Positions 42,713-53,482 of a DNA stretch of 64,000 nucleotides are shown here, in pieces. Source of the DNA: an uncultured Gammaproteobacteria bacterium (GTDB lineage Bacteria; Pseudomonadota; Gammaproteobacteria; CAWCPV01). The stretch lies in the NCBI GenBank assembly GCA_963797555.1, contig CAWCPV010000014.1:224001-288000 (forward strand), written 5' to 3'. Under the pieces are notes generated by a model, which was given only the letters and a program-made list of their open reading frames with translations, did not search any database and was not told the DNA's origin. Every line of letters starts with the position of its first letter. Position 1 is the stretch's first letter. A program made the position numbers and the translations under genes.

Positions 42713-43103
42713 AATGTTCAGGTATCGGCCCGCGCCATCGGCTGCCGAGGGCCTTCCCGACTGGGCGAGTGGCACCTGCTCCCTCGCGCGGCAGTCGCAG
42801 CTCCTCTTCGGATGCGATCGCCGTAATCCCGTGGAATGGCGCCCGTCCGTGTCTCTCGCTCGCCGTGAGGACCGCATCGTCGTGCTCCCCGCGACCACCC
42901 GCCGCGACCCGAGCTTTTTCCACCTTGCGGCTGGGCAGTGCTTCTTGACTCGTAAGCGCGACGAGCCCGAGCGAGATTCTTACCTCTGCCCGCGGTACGA
43001 ATCATTGCCGCTTAGTGGGCTAATCGCCTATGGAGTGTTACCGCACGCGGTTCGGGTGCAAATTGCCCATTGGCTGCGCGACCTTGTGTCCAAGAGACCC
43101 TGA
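42713..43103 (+). CDS. Hypothetical protein
   Basis: GGAGG RBS; RPSVSL..VVLPATT is weakly PemK-like. Confidence 0.4.
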
Positions 43104-43115
43104 GGAGCGCACCGC

Positions 43116-43619
43116 GTGTCCTACATGCCGGAAGAAGAGTCTCTCAAGCAGCTCTGGAGTCGCCGCGAGCAGCTTTCGGAGCAGGAGTGGGCAGAGATCT
43201 ACCGGCTAGTGGCGCGGCTGCTCCAGGCAGGTGTCCCAACAGAGCTCGACGGGCTACCCGGCCCCGACGACCGGGCAGCGAAGAACCGCGAGTACGTCGC
43301 GAGTTTTTTCGTCGATAAGGTTTTCCACCCCACGGGCGGGGGTGCACTGTACCACGCCGGGGCTCTTCGCGAGTTCTATCGGCGCTACCTCAGGGACCAC
43401 CTGCGTCGCCAGAGGCCGGTTGAGGCGGGTAATGATGAGCAGAACAGCCCGTTGCACCACATCCCCGCGGAACCGTCGCTCACGGAGCGCGAGGAGACCC
43501 TACTGCAGGATACGGGGCTTACGTGGCAGGGAGTCGAAGGGGCCGCGCGGGCTTTTTGGGCACCGCTGAAGCCTGTCCTCAACCGGGTTTATCCCGTCAA
43601 TCTGTGCGGCGCCCTTTAG
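43116..43619 (+). CDS. Hypothetical protein, probably truncated
   Basis: GAGGAG RBS, helical; ends next to an IS remnant. Confidence 0.45.
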   Translation: MSYMPEEESLKQLWSRREQLSEQEWAEIYRLVARLLQAGVPTELDGLPGPDDRAAKNREYVASFFVDKVFHPTGGGALYHAGALREFYRRYLRDHLRRQRPVEAGNDEQNSPLHHIPAEPSLTEREETLLQDTGLTWQGVEGAARAFWAPLKPVLNRVYPVNLCGAL

Positions 43620-43639
43620 TCGGGCGTACCTTGGGAAGG

Positions 43640-43830
43640 GGATGCCGGGCGATCTGGATCATGGTTTGGGAAAAGTCGCCGTGGATGCGCCAGTCGCGGG
43701 CCTTGTTCGTGTTGGCCAGCGTGTTTTGGGGGACGCCCTCGCTAATGCCCATGTGGTAGAGTCTGTTGTGCTGGGCGCATAGCCAGAACTTCGATGTCGC
43801 GCAGACTCTCGCGGCCTCGGTATCCTTATC
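43640..43830 (-). pseudogene. IS4-family (DUF4372) transposase remnant
   Basis: RESLRDIE..LYHMGI..NTLANTN..RDWRI. Confidence 0.6.
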
Positions 43831-43912
43831 TCCTGTTCGGGGTATGGACGCAGACCTGGCTGGCGGCCGCGGCCGTGGCTTGCGCGTTTCTGAACCGGTT
43901 CGTCTGACCGCT

Positions 43913-43940
43913 ATTTAACATAATATACATTATACGTATG
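43913..43940 (-). other. dif-type XerC/XerD recombination site
   Basis: CATACGTATAA-TGTATA-TTATGTTAAAT; spacer and XerD arm identical to E. coli dif, XerC arm 7/11. Confidence 0.8.
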
Positions 43941-44000
43941 AAAGGCTTGGCGCACTGGCGCGACGGAGGGCAACCATGCCGTGAGCCGTCGAAGCCGAAC

Positions 44001-45143
44001 ATGGTCGGTATCCAGCAAGAGTTTGGGCTCCGCTCGGACATTATTTATCTCAACCACGCCGGCACTTCACCGTGGCCACGCCGCACGGCCGACGCCGTGC
44101 GACGCTTCGCTCGAGAGAACGTCGTCCAGGGAGCTGTGGACTATCCGTCTTGGGTAGCCATCGAGACGGCCCTGCGCGTACAACTGCGGGATGTGCTCAA
44201 CGCCAAGTCCATCGACGACATCGCATTGTTGAAGAACACCTCGGAGGCCCTGTCGGTCGTGGCCTATGGTTTGCCCTGGCACCCCGGAGACAATGTGGTG
44301 ACTACCGACCAAGAGTTTCCGTCGAACCGCATCCCGTGGGAGTCGCTGGCGCCCCTAGGGGTGGAGCTGCGGGAGGTATCGGTCACCGGCCCTGACGTCG
44401 AAGAGGCGTTGCTGGACGCGGTAGACAAGCGCACTCGGCTACTCACCGTCAGCTCGGTCCAATACGCGACGGGCCTGCGGATGGATCTGGAGCGTATCGG
44501 CGACTTCTGCGCCCGACACGGTGTCCTCTTCTGTGTGGACGCGATCCAGAGTCTCGGCGCGCTATGCATGGACGTCCAGACCGTCCGGGCCGACTTCGCG
44601 ATGGCCGACGGTCATAAGTGGATGTTGGGGCCGGAGGGCCTCGCCGTGTTCTATACTCGCGCCGAGGCGCGTGATCGTTTGCGCCTGACCCAGTACGGGT
44701 GGCACATGGTGGAGCGCCACGGGGAGTTCGAGCGGCGCGATTGGCAGGCGGCGGCGGGTGCGCGCCGCTTCGAGTGCGGCAGCCCCAACATGCTGGGCGC
44801 ACACGCATTGCATGCCAGCCTCTCGCTGCTGCTGGAAGTCGGCTTGGACGAGGTGGAACGCTATGTACTGGAGCACGCGGCGTACCTGATGGAGCGCATC
44901 CGTGCCGACCCCGATCTGGAACTGGTGACGCCGCAGGCCGCTGGCCGCCATGGAGGAATCGTCACTTTCCGGTCCCGCCATTGTCCACCGGACGCCCTGT
45001 TTCACCATTTACAGACCAGGGGGGTCGTGTGCGCACAGCGTGCGGGCGGCACTCGATTCTCGCCGCATTTCTACACGACCGACGAACAGCTTGACCAGGC
45101 CCTTGGCTACACGAGGGACTTCATAAGCGCCTATCCCCGGTGA
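44001..45143 (+). CDS. Class V PLP aminotransferase / cysteine desulfurase-like
   Basis: [34 protein letters not shown]. Confidence 0.88.
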   Translation: MVGIQQEFGLRSDIIYLNHAGTSPWPRRTADAVRRFARENVVQGAVDYPSWVAIETALRVQLRDVLNAKSIDDIALLKNTSEALSVVAYGLPWHPGDNVVTTDQEFPSNRIPWESLAPLGVELREVSVTGPDVEEALLDAVDKRTRLLTVSSVQYATGLRMDLERIGDFCARHGVLFCVDAIQSLGALCMDVQTVRADFAMADGHKWMLGPEGLAVFYTRAEARDRLRLTQYGWHMVERHGEFERRDWQAAAGARRFECGSPNMLGAHALHASLSLLLEVGLDEVERYVLEHAAYLMERIRADPDLELVTPQAAGRHGGIVTFRSRHCPPDALFHHLQTRGVVCAQRAGGTRFSPHFYTTDEQLDQALGYTRDFISAYPR

Positions 45144-45591
45144 GCGGAGCGCGCGCCAGCCACTCGTCGATCGCCTGATTGGCCAGCGCGTCTGCGCGTT
45201 CGTTGCCGGGATGGCCGCGGTGACCCCGTACCCAGTGCCATTGGATGTCGTGAGGCGCAGCGGCACGGTCCAACCGCTGCCACAGGTCGTCGTTCTTGAC
45301 CGGGCGCTTATCGGAAGTCCGCCAGCCGCGCCGTTTCCAAGGACCGATCCATTCGGTGATGCCCTTCTTCAGGTATTCCGAGTCTGTAGTGAGCGCTACC
45401 TTGCTAGGCCGCTTCAGGGCCTCGATGGCCATTATGGCAGCCATGAGTTCCATCCGGTTGTTGGTAGTGCGCTCCTCGGAGCCCCATAGGAACCTCTCGC
45501 GGTCCCTGTAGCGCAGGACAGCCCCCCAGCCCCCGGGGCCGGGATTTCCCCGACAGGCCCCGTCGGTATAAATCTCTACTCGCTCATCCAA
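45121..45591 (-). CDS. rnhA: Ribonuclease HI
   Basis: [35 protein letters not shown]. Confidence 0.95.
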   Translation of the reverse strand: MDERVEIYTDGACRGNPGPGGWGAVLRYRDRERFLWGSEERTTNNRMELMAAIMAIEALKRPSKVALTTDSEYLKKGITEWIGPWKRRGWRTSDKRPVKNDDLWQRLDRAAAPHDIQWHWVRGHRGHPGNERADALANQAIDEWLARAPLTGDRRL

Positions 45592-46336
45592 GAGCCGTCC
45601 CCGTCCGGACGCCAGATTCTATGGCGCCGGCGGCAATAACGCTGCGACGGGGCCGCCACCGCGGCCGGATCGGCGTGAGGGCCACGACGCGTTTCCTTGC
45701 CGTCAACAGGTAGATGCCCGCGGGGATCGGCCACCCTCGCCCTCCGAATCGCTCCAAGGAGTTCAGCCGTCGCATAATCCCTTCCCGGCTCAGCGGGGGA
45801 CGGAAAAAGAAGGTCTCCACACTCAGCGTGTCAAATCCGAGCAGCCCCAGCCAGTCCTTCAAACGCGCCACGCCCAAGAATCGCCCACACCAGGGGGGGT
45901 CGTTTCGTCCCATGAGTCTGCGCCTGAGACCCCAGAGGCTCCAGGGATTGAAGCCGAGGATGACAACATGCCCCTCCGCGATCAGGGTGCGGTCAGCCTC
46001 TCGCAGAACGCGGTGGGGGTCGCGGCAGAACTCCAAGGTATGTGGAAGCAGCAGTACGTCCAGACTGTCCGACGTGATCGGAAGTGCTTCCGGCTGCGCG
46101 TAGATCTGCGCCGGCGAGCGCGGGGCGCCGACAACCAACCGGTGCCGGATGCGACTCGATACAAGCAGATCGACTCCCCCCAAACTGCCGACCTGCAGCG
46201 CGTGATATCCAAAGAGATCGGGCAGGACCTGATCGAGTCGCTCCCGTTCTGCATCGAGGACCTCCCGGCCTAAGGAGCATGAGAACCATGCCCGCAGCCG
46301 ATCCTGGGGCGAGCTTGAAGGTGTGGAAATCTCCAT
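45584..46336 (-). CDS. YafS-like SAM-dependent methyltransferase
   Basis: [26 protein letters not shown]; upstream of rnhA. Confidence 0.85.
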   Translation of the reverse strand: MEISTPSSSPQDRLRAWFSCSLGREVLDAERERLDQVLPDLFGYHALQVGSLGGVDLLVSSRIRHRLVVGAPRSPAQIYAQPEALPITSDSLDVLLLPHTLEFCRDPHRVLREADRTLIAEGHVVILGFNPWSLWGLRRRLMGRNDPPWCGRFLGVARLKDWLGLLGFDTLSVETFFFRPPLSREGIMRRLNSLERFGGRGWPIPAGIYLLTARKRVVALTPIRPRWRPRRSVIAAGAIESGVRTGTALG

Positions 46337-46676
46337 GCGAGTGGATGTTGTTGACCATGGCCGTCGAAGCTGTCAGGATTATACTGCCGCGGCATGGGGG
46401 ACATACCCCGGCCAACTAGACAACAAGGGCAAACGGACAGAATGAGTTCTGGCGGACCGCTGCCGGGGAGCAGCGCAGGCGAGTTGGCAGGATCCTGCCG
46501 GTGACGCACGGGGGCACGCGATCGGCGGCGCAGCCCGGAGTGTCGCAGCGCCGAGCGGACTACCGCAGACGCCGATGTAGTAAATTCCCTCCTCGGGTGG
46601 TGGCGCCGGCCCAGGCCGCTGGGCCCACTCGCCAAGCCCAGGGTTTTGCAAGCTCCTGCTCAAGGGGGGCCTGGGG

Positions 46677-48254
46677 TTGATCCCGCCTGCGGCCAGGGCC
46701 CCAGCCGCTCTCATACTGCCGCTGATGGGCGCTTTGCTGGCTGCAGGCTGTGCCCCGATCGAAACCTATCCCAACCACCCCTCCTCCGCACCCGCCGCCA
46801 GCGACGAGAACGACAACCCCGAGGGCTTCGGCGGCGCAGAGTCCGAAAGCGGGCCGATAGTGTCGCCGTCGGTCAGTGACCTGCGGCATCTACGGGATGC
46901 CGCGTTCGACCGAGAATCGGCCACTCTTTGGAGCCGCATTCGGAGGGGTTTCCGGCTCACCGACCGGGACCACTGGCTGGCGCGGGAGTACAGTCAGTGG
47001 TATGCCTCTCACCCGAGACATCTCGACCAAGTGATGGAGCAGGCGGAGCCGTACCTCTACCTGGTGGTCGAAGCCGTGGAGGAACGCGGCATTCCAACGG
47101 AAATTGCGTTGCTCCCCATGGTAGAGAGTGCGTACAACCCGTTCGCGAACTCCCCCAGCCACGCGGCCGGTCTGTGGCAGTTCCTGCCTTCCACGGGCGA
47201 TGCCTACGGCCTGAAGCGGAACAGTTGGTACGACGGCCGCCGGGATATCGTGGAATCGACGCGTGCGGCACTCGATTACCTACAGAAGTTGAATGACGAA
47301 TTCAACGGGGACTGGCTGCTTGCAATCGCCGCATACAATGCCGGAGAAGGCACCGTGATGCGCGCCGTGGAGAAGAACCGGCAGAACGGACGGCGCGTCG
47401 ACTTTTGGTCGCTGGACCTCCCTGCAGTCACCCAGGCTTACGTTCCCAAGCTGCTAGGGATCGCGGCCCTGGTCGAGAACCCTGACCAGTTCGGGGTGGC
47501 GCTGAAGCCTATTCCCAACCGGCCGCTGGTGCAGGAAATTCACCTCAATTCCCAGGTGAGCCTCGCACACGCCGCCCGGGCGGCTGATCTGAGCCTGGAC
47601 CTGATCCGGCAACTGAATCCCTGCTACAAGCGTTCGGCAACCGACCCACAGGGTCCGCATCGCCTGCTGCTTCCGGTGAGCAGCGCCGATCTGTTCAAGG
47701 AGCGTTTCGTGGCCACGGCCTCTGCCTCCGCCGCTACCGACCGTGAGCCGGGGGACTTGGTCCACGAGGGTGAAACGCTGACGGGGCTGGTAGAACGTCG
47801 GGGCGCGGGCCAACTCGTCCACACAGCGGGGCGGGACGGTGGAGCGGCGGGCAGACAAGGCGACTCCGGACCGAAGGCGGGTGGGCGGACAGATCTTTAC
47901 ACGGTAGCGTCCGGCGAAACCCTGTGGTCCATCGCCCGTGATCAGGGTGTGGCCGTCAAAGAGCTGTTGCGCTGGAACGGGCTACGCGCTTCCGAGGCGC
48001 TTAAGGCGGGCCAGCGCCTCGCCGTGATGCGCCCGTCTAGCAGCGCCGAACTCGCGGCGAACTCCGACGCCCCCCCGGACTCCCTGTTGAGTTACAAGGT
48101 GCGCCCGGGCGACACGCTCTGGAGCGTAGCGCGCCGCTTCCAGGTGGACGTCGACTCGCTGCGCAGATGGAATCGAGTGCGCGTCGGCGTCGCACTGCAG
48201 CCTGGCCAGAGCCTGCGCGTCTACGTGGACCCGGCGACGTTGACCGGCGGCTGA
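46677..48254 (+). CDS. mltD: Membrane-bound lytic murein transglycosylase D (SLT plus LysM)
   Basis: Lipobox LAAGC, LPMVESAY, AGLWQF, AAYNAGEG, LysM repeats. Confidence 0.88.
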   Translation: MIPPAARAPAALILPLMGALLAAGCAPIETYPNHPSSAPAASDENDNPEGFGGAESESGPIVSPSVSDLRHLRDAAFDRESATLWSRIRRGFRLTDRDHWLAREYSQWYASHPRHLDQVMEQAEPYLYLVVEAVEERGIPTEIALLPMVESAYNPFANSPSHAAGLWQFLPSTGDAYGLKRNSWYDGRRDIVESTRAALDYLQKLNDEFNGDWLLAIAAYNAGEGTVMRAVEKNRQNGRRVDFWSLDLPAVTQAYVPKLLGIAALVENPDQFGVALKPIPNRPLVQEIHLNSQVSLAHAARAADLSLDLIRQLNPCYKRSATDPQGPHRLLLPVSSADLFKERFVATASASAATDREPGDLVHEGETLTGLVERRGAGQLVHTAGRDGGAAGRQGDSGPKAGGRTDLYTVASGETLWSIARDQGVAVKELLRWNGLRASEALKAGQRLAVMRPSSSAELAANSDAPPDSLLSYKVRPGDTLWSVARRFQVDVDSLRRWNRVRVGVALQPGQSLRVYVDPATLTGG

Positions 48255-48258
48255 TTCA

Positions 48259-49149
48259 TCAGTTCAGAGCCGGCACGAACGCCCGCAGGTAGTCAGCGAA
48301 GGCCCGTCGCAACTCGGGGTGCTTGAGGCCGTACTCAACGGTCGCCTTGAGGTAGCCCAACCTGTCACCGCAGTCGTAACGTCGGCCCACAAATTCATAG
48401 GCGAGAATCTCCTCATCCCTGAGCAGCGCCGCAATGGCATCAGTCAACTGGATCTCTCCGCCCGCGCCCTGCCCGGTAGCCTCCAGTAGTCCGAAGATGC
48501 GTGGCGTCAGCACGTAACGCCCCACCACGGCCAGCGTCGACGGCGCCGTCCCCGGCTTGGGTTTCTCTACGATTCCACTGACGCGCGACAATCGCTTGCT
48601 CAAGCCGTCGACGGCGACGATCCCATACTTGTCGGTTTCCTTGGGCGCCACCTCTTCCACACCCACTATACTGCAGCCGTGGCGTTCGTATTGACGGACC
48701 ATCTGGGTGAGGCAGCCTGGCTCATTGCCAGCATCGATGAGGTCGTCGGCGAGGATGACTGCGAACGGATCGTCGTTGACCACGGGCCTTGCGCACAGCA
48801 CGGCGTGGCCCAGTCCGAGCGCCTCTGGTTGGCGGATATACACGCAGGACACATGGCTTGGGACGACTGAGCGCACGACCTGCAGCACTTGCGTCTTGCC
48901 TCGGGCCTGAAGCTCGGCCTCCAGCTCATAGGCTTTGTCGAAGTGATCGAGGATGGCGTTCTTGTTGCGGCCGGTGACAAAGATGAGCACCTCCGCTCCG
49001 GCAGCCACTGCTTCCTCGGCAGCGTACTGGATAAGCGGCTTGTCGACGACGGGGAGCATCTCCTTCGGGCTCGCCTTGGTGGCCGGCAGGAACCGCGTGC
49101 CCAGCCCGCCAACAGGGAAGACGACCTTTCTTATCCGCAACGCCTTCAT
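48259..49149 (-). CDS. galU: UTP--glucose-1-phosphate uridylyltransferase
   Basis: [28 protein letters not shown]. Confidence 0.95.
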   Translation of the reverse strand: MKALRIRKVVFPVGGLGTRFLPATKASPKEMLPVVDKPLIQYAAEEAVAAGAEVLIFVTGRNKNAILDHFDKAYELEAELQARGKTQVLQVVRSVVPSHVSCVYIRQPEALGLGHAVLCARPVVNDDPFAVILADDLIDAGNEPGCLTQMVRQYERHGCSIVGVEEVAPKETDKYGIVAVDGLSKRLSRVSGIVEKPKPGTAPSTLAVVGRYVLTPRIFGLLEATGQGAGGEIQLTDAIAALLRDEEILAYEFVGRRYDCGDRLGYLKATVEYGLKHPELRRAFADYLRAFVPALN

Positions 49150-51044
49150 GCCTTCATCTGATGCAGGGACACGACCTTATTGGGTAGGTCATAACTGGTC
49201 CGTTTGAGTTCTGGGACTAACTGCGCCACGAGCGCGGCGATGTGGGGTTCGTCGTAGTGCTCGCACGCCCGCTCCAGATCGTTCAGTACCGGCTGCACCG
49301 CCTGCCAGTCGAGGGCGCGTTGCTGTGCGAGCAGGATCTTAGCGTGGTCGGTGGTGGACAGATTCTCTTGCGAGTGGAAAAGCTCCTCAAACAGCTTCTC
49401 TCCTGGGCGCAGCCCTGTGTAGACGATGTGGATGTCCCTTGCGGGAACCTTTCCCGCCAGTCGGATCATCTGCTCGGCAAGGTACGGGATGCTTACGGGC
49501 TCGCCCATGTCTAGCACGAAGATTTCTCCTCCACGCCCCATGACTGCCGCCTGCATGATGAGCTGACAGGCCTCGGGAATGGTCATGAAATAACGCGTAA
49601 CCTTCGGGTGAGTAACCGTCACCGGCCCGCCGGAAGCGATCTGTTTCTGGAACAGCGGGACCACGCTGCCGGCGGAGCCCAGGACATTCCCGAAACGCAC
49701 CGTGATGAAGCGGGTGTTTGAGCGCTGGTCCAGACCCTGGCAGAGCATCTCCGCGATGCGCTTGCTGGCTCCCATGATGTTGGCCGGGTTGACGGCCTTG
49801 TCGGTCGAGATCAAGACGAAGGACTCGCATCCGTGCCCCGCCGCCGCGATTGCCAAGACCCTCGTCCCCAGGACGTTGTTGCGGATCGCTTCGCGTCTGC
49901 GCATTTCGAGCATCGGCACGTGCTTGTACGCTGCGGCGTGGAAGATGATCTGCGGCCGATACTTATCCATCAGGTGACCGACCGCCCCGTGGTCGCAAAC
50001 GTCCGCCAGACAGGCGTGCAGCACGAGATGGGGAAAATCTCGGCGCAGCCCCATCTCCACGCAATAGAGGTTGAACTCGTTGCGCTCCAGCACCACCAAC
50101 TCCTTGGGTCCCAGGCGCGCGACCTGTCGGCACAGCTCGGCGCCGATCGAGCCCCCTCCTCCGCTGATGAGCACGGTCTTGTCGCGTAGCCCGCGGCTGA
50201 TGCCCTCCCAATCGAGAGAAATGGGCTCGCGCCCCAGCAGGTCGTCGATGGCCACCTCCCTCAGCTCGTTGACACTGGAGTATCCGCTGACCAAGTCGTG
50301 CAGCCGCGGCAGAGTGCGGAACGGGACACCCACCTGCTCACACAGCGCGACGACGCGCTGCATCTGCGGGCTGCTCGCGGACGGTATGGCGATGACCACG
50401 AGGTGGACGTCCATGTCGGCTACCGTCTGAGCCAACTCGTTCAGGGTGCCGAGCACCGGGATACCGTGAACCTTTGCCCCCTTGAGGGTTGGCTGATCAT
50501 CAAGGAACCCCACGACCAAGTGCTTGCCGTTGCGGGCCAAGTCGCGCGCCAGGGTCTCACCAGCGCGGCCCGCACCGAGGATGAGCACTCGCGCGCGGCC
50601 TGCGCTTTCCCCCAGCGTGAAGCGGTGGTCCTTCCACATCCGGAAGATCATGCGCGGCGCGCTGAGCAAAAAGAACAGCAGCAATGGGTAGAGGAGGACG
50701 AAGGTGCGCGGAACGCCCTGCAGACGATTGACGACGAATAGGGAGATCCCGACACCTACGACGCCAGCAATGACGGCGCGCATGATGTTCCACAGATCCG
50801 GGATGCTTGCGAAGCGCCACACACCCCGATAGAGCCCCAGCTGCCAGAGGACGATTCCCTGGGCCAGCAGGACCACGGGTAAGAGCTGCAGGAAGGAAAA
50901 TCCCAATATGCTCAGCGAGAAGTTGTAGGGGATTAGGTAGCTGAGGGTCCAAGCCGCGGCTACCATGGCCAGGTCGTGCGCCACCACTGCAGTGCGGTAG
51001 TTGACCAGGCGGGTTATGGTTGTTGCTTTTTCCGCTGCTCCCAT
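49146..51044 (-). CDS. Polysaccharide biosynthesis NDP-sugar dehydratase (WbpM/CapD/PglF family)
   Basis: N-terminal TM helices, [38 protein letters not shown]. Confidence 0.9.
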   Translation of the reverse strand: MGAAEKATTITRLVNYRTAVVAHDLAMVAAAWTLSYLIPYNFSLSILGFSFLQLLPVVLLAQGIVLWQLGLYRGVWRFASIPDLWNIMRAVIAGVVGVGISLFVVNRLQGVPRTFVLLYPLLLFFLLSAPRMIFRMWKDHRFTLGESAGRARVLILGAGRAGETLARDLARNGKHLVVGFLDDQPTLKGAKVHGIPVLGTLNELAQTVADMDVHLVVIAIPSASSPQMQRVVALCEQVGVPFRTLPRLHDLVSGYSSVNELREVAIDDLLGREPISLDWEGISRGLRDKTVLISGGGGSIGAELCRQVARLGPKELVVLERNEFNLYCVEMGLRRDFPHLVLHACLADVCDHGAVGHLMDKYRPQIIFHAAAYKHVPMLEMRRREAIRNNVLGTRVLAIAAAGHGCESFVLISTDKAVNPANIMGASKRIAEMLCQGLDQRSNTRFITVRFGNVLGSAGSVVPLFQKQIASGGPVTVTHPKVTRYFMTIPEACQLIMQAAVMGRGGEIFVLDMGEPVSIPYLAEQMIRLAGKVPARDIHIVYTGLRPGEKLFEELFHSQENLSTTDHAKILLAQQRALDWQAVQPVLNDLERACEHYDEPHIAALVAQLVPELKRTSYDLPNKVVSLHQMKA

Positions 51045-52063
51045 CGTTGGATGCCCCTCCAAAGCCCTGCACAACTCAGCATCGTCGCTGCGAGCACCCC
51101 CGGTAGGAGGGCCGGCTCGGCCCAGGCGAGGCACGCAGCAGGCCAGAACCAAAAGATATCGAGCATGAGCACCGCCATCGTGACCCCTAGGTGGCTCATA
51201 CCCCCCTCAACCGCACGCTGGTAGGCGTGACAGCGGTGCGCATTATACCACCGTTCCCCGCGTGTTATGCGGGCCAACAGGGTGAAGGTGGCATCCCAGA
51301 TGAAGACCGAAAGGAGGACCACCCAGACCGCCGCCGGTAGCGCCCCGGTCTGTTCCCCCGCGATGATCAAGGTCCCAAAGCTAAAACCGAGCCAGCCGCT
51401 GCCGACGTCGCCCATGAAGACCTTCGCTGGTGGCCAGTTCCAGAAGAGGAAGCCGGCACTGGCGGCAGCCATGACCAGGCATGCGGCCGCGAGCGCATCT
51501 GCCCCCGCAGCCCAAAGGATTGCGCCTGCGACCGCCGACGTGCCGACGGCCTGTGTGGCGGCCAGGCCATCGATGCCGTCCATGAAGTTGTAAAGATTGG
51601 TCAGCCACACAATGCCGAGCACGGGCAGCAAGGCGCCGATCGGTCCTAGACTGACCGTCGCCAGCCCCAGATCGATCTGCGGCAGCCCGCCCATCCAAAG
51701 GACTGCCCAGGAAGCAGCCGCAGTATGGACAAGCAAGCGCGTTGCTGGCCCGACGCTACGGTGGTCGTCGCGCCAGCCGACGGCTGCCACCGCAAGGCCG
51801 CCGACAATCCACGCGACCAGCCATGGATGCGGGATCAGGCCCCACATCCACAGCGTCGTGACGGCAGCCACCCACGCCAGGACCATAGCGACACCGCCGC
51901 CCCGCGGGGTCGGAGCGCGATGGGAACTGCGCTCGTTGGGAATGTCCAGGAGGAGAGCGCGTCGGGCGTAGACGAGGGCCAACCAAGTGAGGAGCCATGC
52001 GACAGCCAGGGTAGTCGCGAGGAGCAAGGCCAGGGCCGTGATGGAGACTGGATGTGAAGACAT
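51014..52063 (-). CDS. Glycosyltransferase family 4 (WbpL/WecA-like)
   Basis: DIPNERSSH..PTPRGGG, NFMDGIDG, FMGDVGS. Confidence 0.9.
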   Translation of the reverse strand: MSSHPVSITALALLLATTLAVAWLLTWLALVYARRALLLDIPNERSSHRAPTPRGGGVAMVLAWVAAVTTLWMWGLIPHPWLVAWIVGGLAVAAVGWRDDHRSVGPATRLLVHTAAASWAVLWMGGLPQIDLGLATVSLGPIGALLPVLGIVWLTNLYNFMDGIDGLAATQAVGTSAVAGAILWAAGADALAAACLVMAAASAGFLFWNWPPAKVFMGDVGSGWLGFSFGTLIIAGEQTGALPAAVWVVLLSVFIWDATFTLLARITRGERWYNAHRCHAYQRAVEGGMSHLGVTMAVLMLDIFWFWPAACLAWAEPALLPGVLAATMLSCAGLWRGIQRWEQRKKQQP

Positions 52064-52183
52064 GGGAGAACAGGAGCCTGTATCCGTAAGTAGTTGTATA
52101 AGGATAAGAAATTAAAGGATTGCGATGAACGGATTTGGAGTGGATGGCGGGCGGTTGAGATCCGGTTGCCAGCCTGCCGATAC

Positions 52184-52199
52184 CTGTATATAATTACAG
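52184..52199. promoter_or_regulatory. LexA (SOS) box
   Basis: CTGTATATAATTACAG (CTG-N10-CAG) 17 nt upstream of lexA. Confidence 0.9.
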
Positions 52200-52216
52200 T
52201 TCTCTTGGAGATTTCT

Positions 52217-52819
52217 ATGCTCCCTCTGACCGAACGCCAGGCTCAAATCCTACAGTTGATCCGGGAACTTGTGGAGACGACGGGTATCCCTCCGACTCGC
52301 GCCGAGATCGCCCGCGCCCTGGGATTCCGATCCGTCAACGCCGCCGAGGATCACCTACGAGCGCTGCAACGCAAGGGCGTGATTGAGATCTTGCCAGGAG
52401 CCTCCCGCGGTATCCGTCTGAAAGACAGCCCGGGTATCCCGGTAGTGGGCCGCGTGGCGGCCGGTAGCCCCATCCTGGCGGAGCAACACATCGAGGGACG
52501 CTATCACTTGGACCGCACGTTGTTTCGACCGCCCGCCGACTACCTGCTGCGGGTACGCGGCATGAGCATGCGGGACGCCGGGATCCTGGACGGCGACCTG
52601 TTGGCCGTACACCGGATCTCCGAGGCGAGAAACGGTCAGATCGTGGTGGCCCGGCTGCATGACGAAGTCACCGTCAAGCGGTTCCGACGGCGGGGATACG
52701 AGGTGCTGCTCTTGCCGGAGAACCCAGAGTTCCAGCCCATCCGGGTGGATCTGCGTCGTGAAGCATTGGTGATCGAGGGGCGTGGCGTGGGGCTGATACG
52801 CAACGGCAGAGTCCTATGA
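52217..52819 (+). CDS. lexA: SOS repressor LexA
   Basis: [23 protein letters not shown]. Confidence 0.95.
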   Translation: MLPLTERQAQILQLIRELVETTGIPPTRAEIARALGFRSVNAAEDHLRALQRKGVIEILPGASRGIRLKDSPGIPVVGRVAAGSPILAEQHIEGRYHLDRTLFRPPADYLLRVRGMSMRDAGILDGDLLAVHRISEARNGQIVVARLHDEVTVKRFRRRGYEVLLLPENPEFQPIRVDLRREALVIEGRGVGLIRNGRVL

Positions 52820-53463
52820 ATCCGGTGTTGGAGAAGTTGCTCGCACACCCCGGCATCTTCCGCGCCACGCAAGGTCTCCGGAGCCCGGCAAACAATCTGC
52901 CGTCAGGATTCCCGGCTCTGGATGCCGAGTTGCCGGGAGGTGGCTGGCCCCTGGGGGCATTGACCGAGATCCTGCCTTCTCAGGAGGGTATCGGAGAGTT
53001 GCGGCTGCTGATGCCTGCCCTGGCACGCCTGAGCCGCGAGGGCCGTTGGCTGGTCTGGGTATCCCCTCCCCATGTCCCCTATGCCCCGGCTTTGCTGAGA
53101 TACCAAGTCAGTCTGGCGCATCTGCTGCTCGTCCATCCTTCGGACATCAGGGATCTGCTCTGGGCGGTGGAGCAGTCGCTGCGCTCCGGCGTCTGCGGAG
53201 CGGTCCTGGCCTGGCTGCAGGCAGCGGATGACAGGACCCTGCGGCGCCTGCAGCTAGCGGCTGAGGCGGGTGGCAGCTGGGGGGTGTTGTTCCGCCCGCC
53301 GCAAGCTGCCGGCCATGCCTCTCCGGCGGCCCTGCGCCTGGGCCTGGCGCCCGCATTCCAGGGAGTTACCGCGCACATCCTCAAACGGCGCGGCAGTTGG
53401 GCCGCCGAGCCAATGTTGGTGGGTTTCGAATCAGCAGAGCCGCTCGCCGCTGCCGCTCCCTGA
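52816..53463 (+). CDS. imuA: Translesion synthesis protein ImuA
   Basis: [31 protein letters not shown]. Confidence 0.9.
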   Translation: MNPVLEKLLAHPGIFRATQGLRSPANNLPSGFPALDAELPGGGWPLGALTEILPSQEGIGELRLLMPALARLSREGRWLVWVSPPHVPYAPALLRYQVSLAHLLLVHPSDIRDLLWAVEQSLRSGVCGAVLAWLQAADDRTLRRLQLAAEAGGSWGVLFRPPQAAGHASPAALRLGLAPAFQGVTAHILKRRGSWAAEPMLVGFESAEPLAAAAP

Positions 53464-53482
53464 CAGCCCATGGGGGGGAGAT

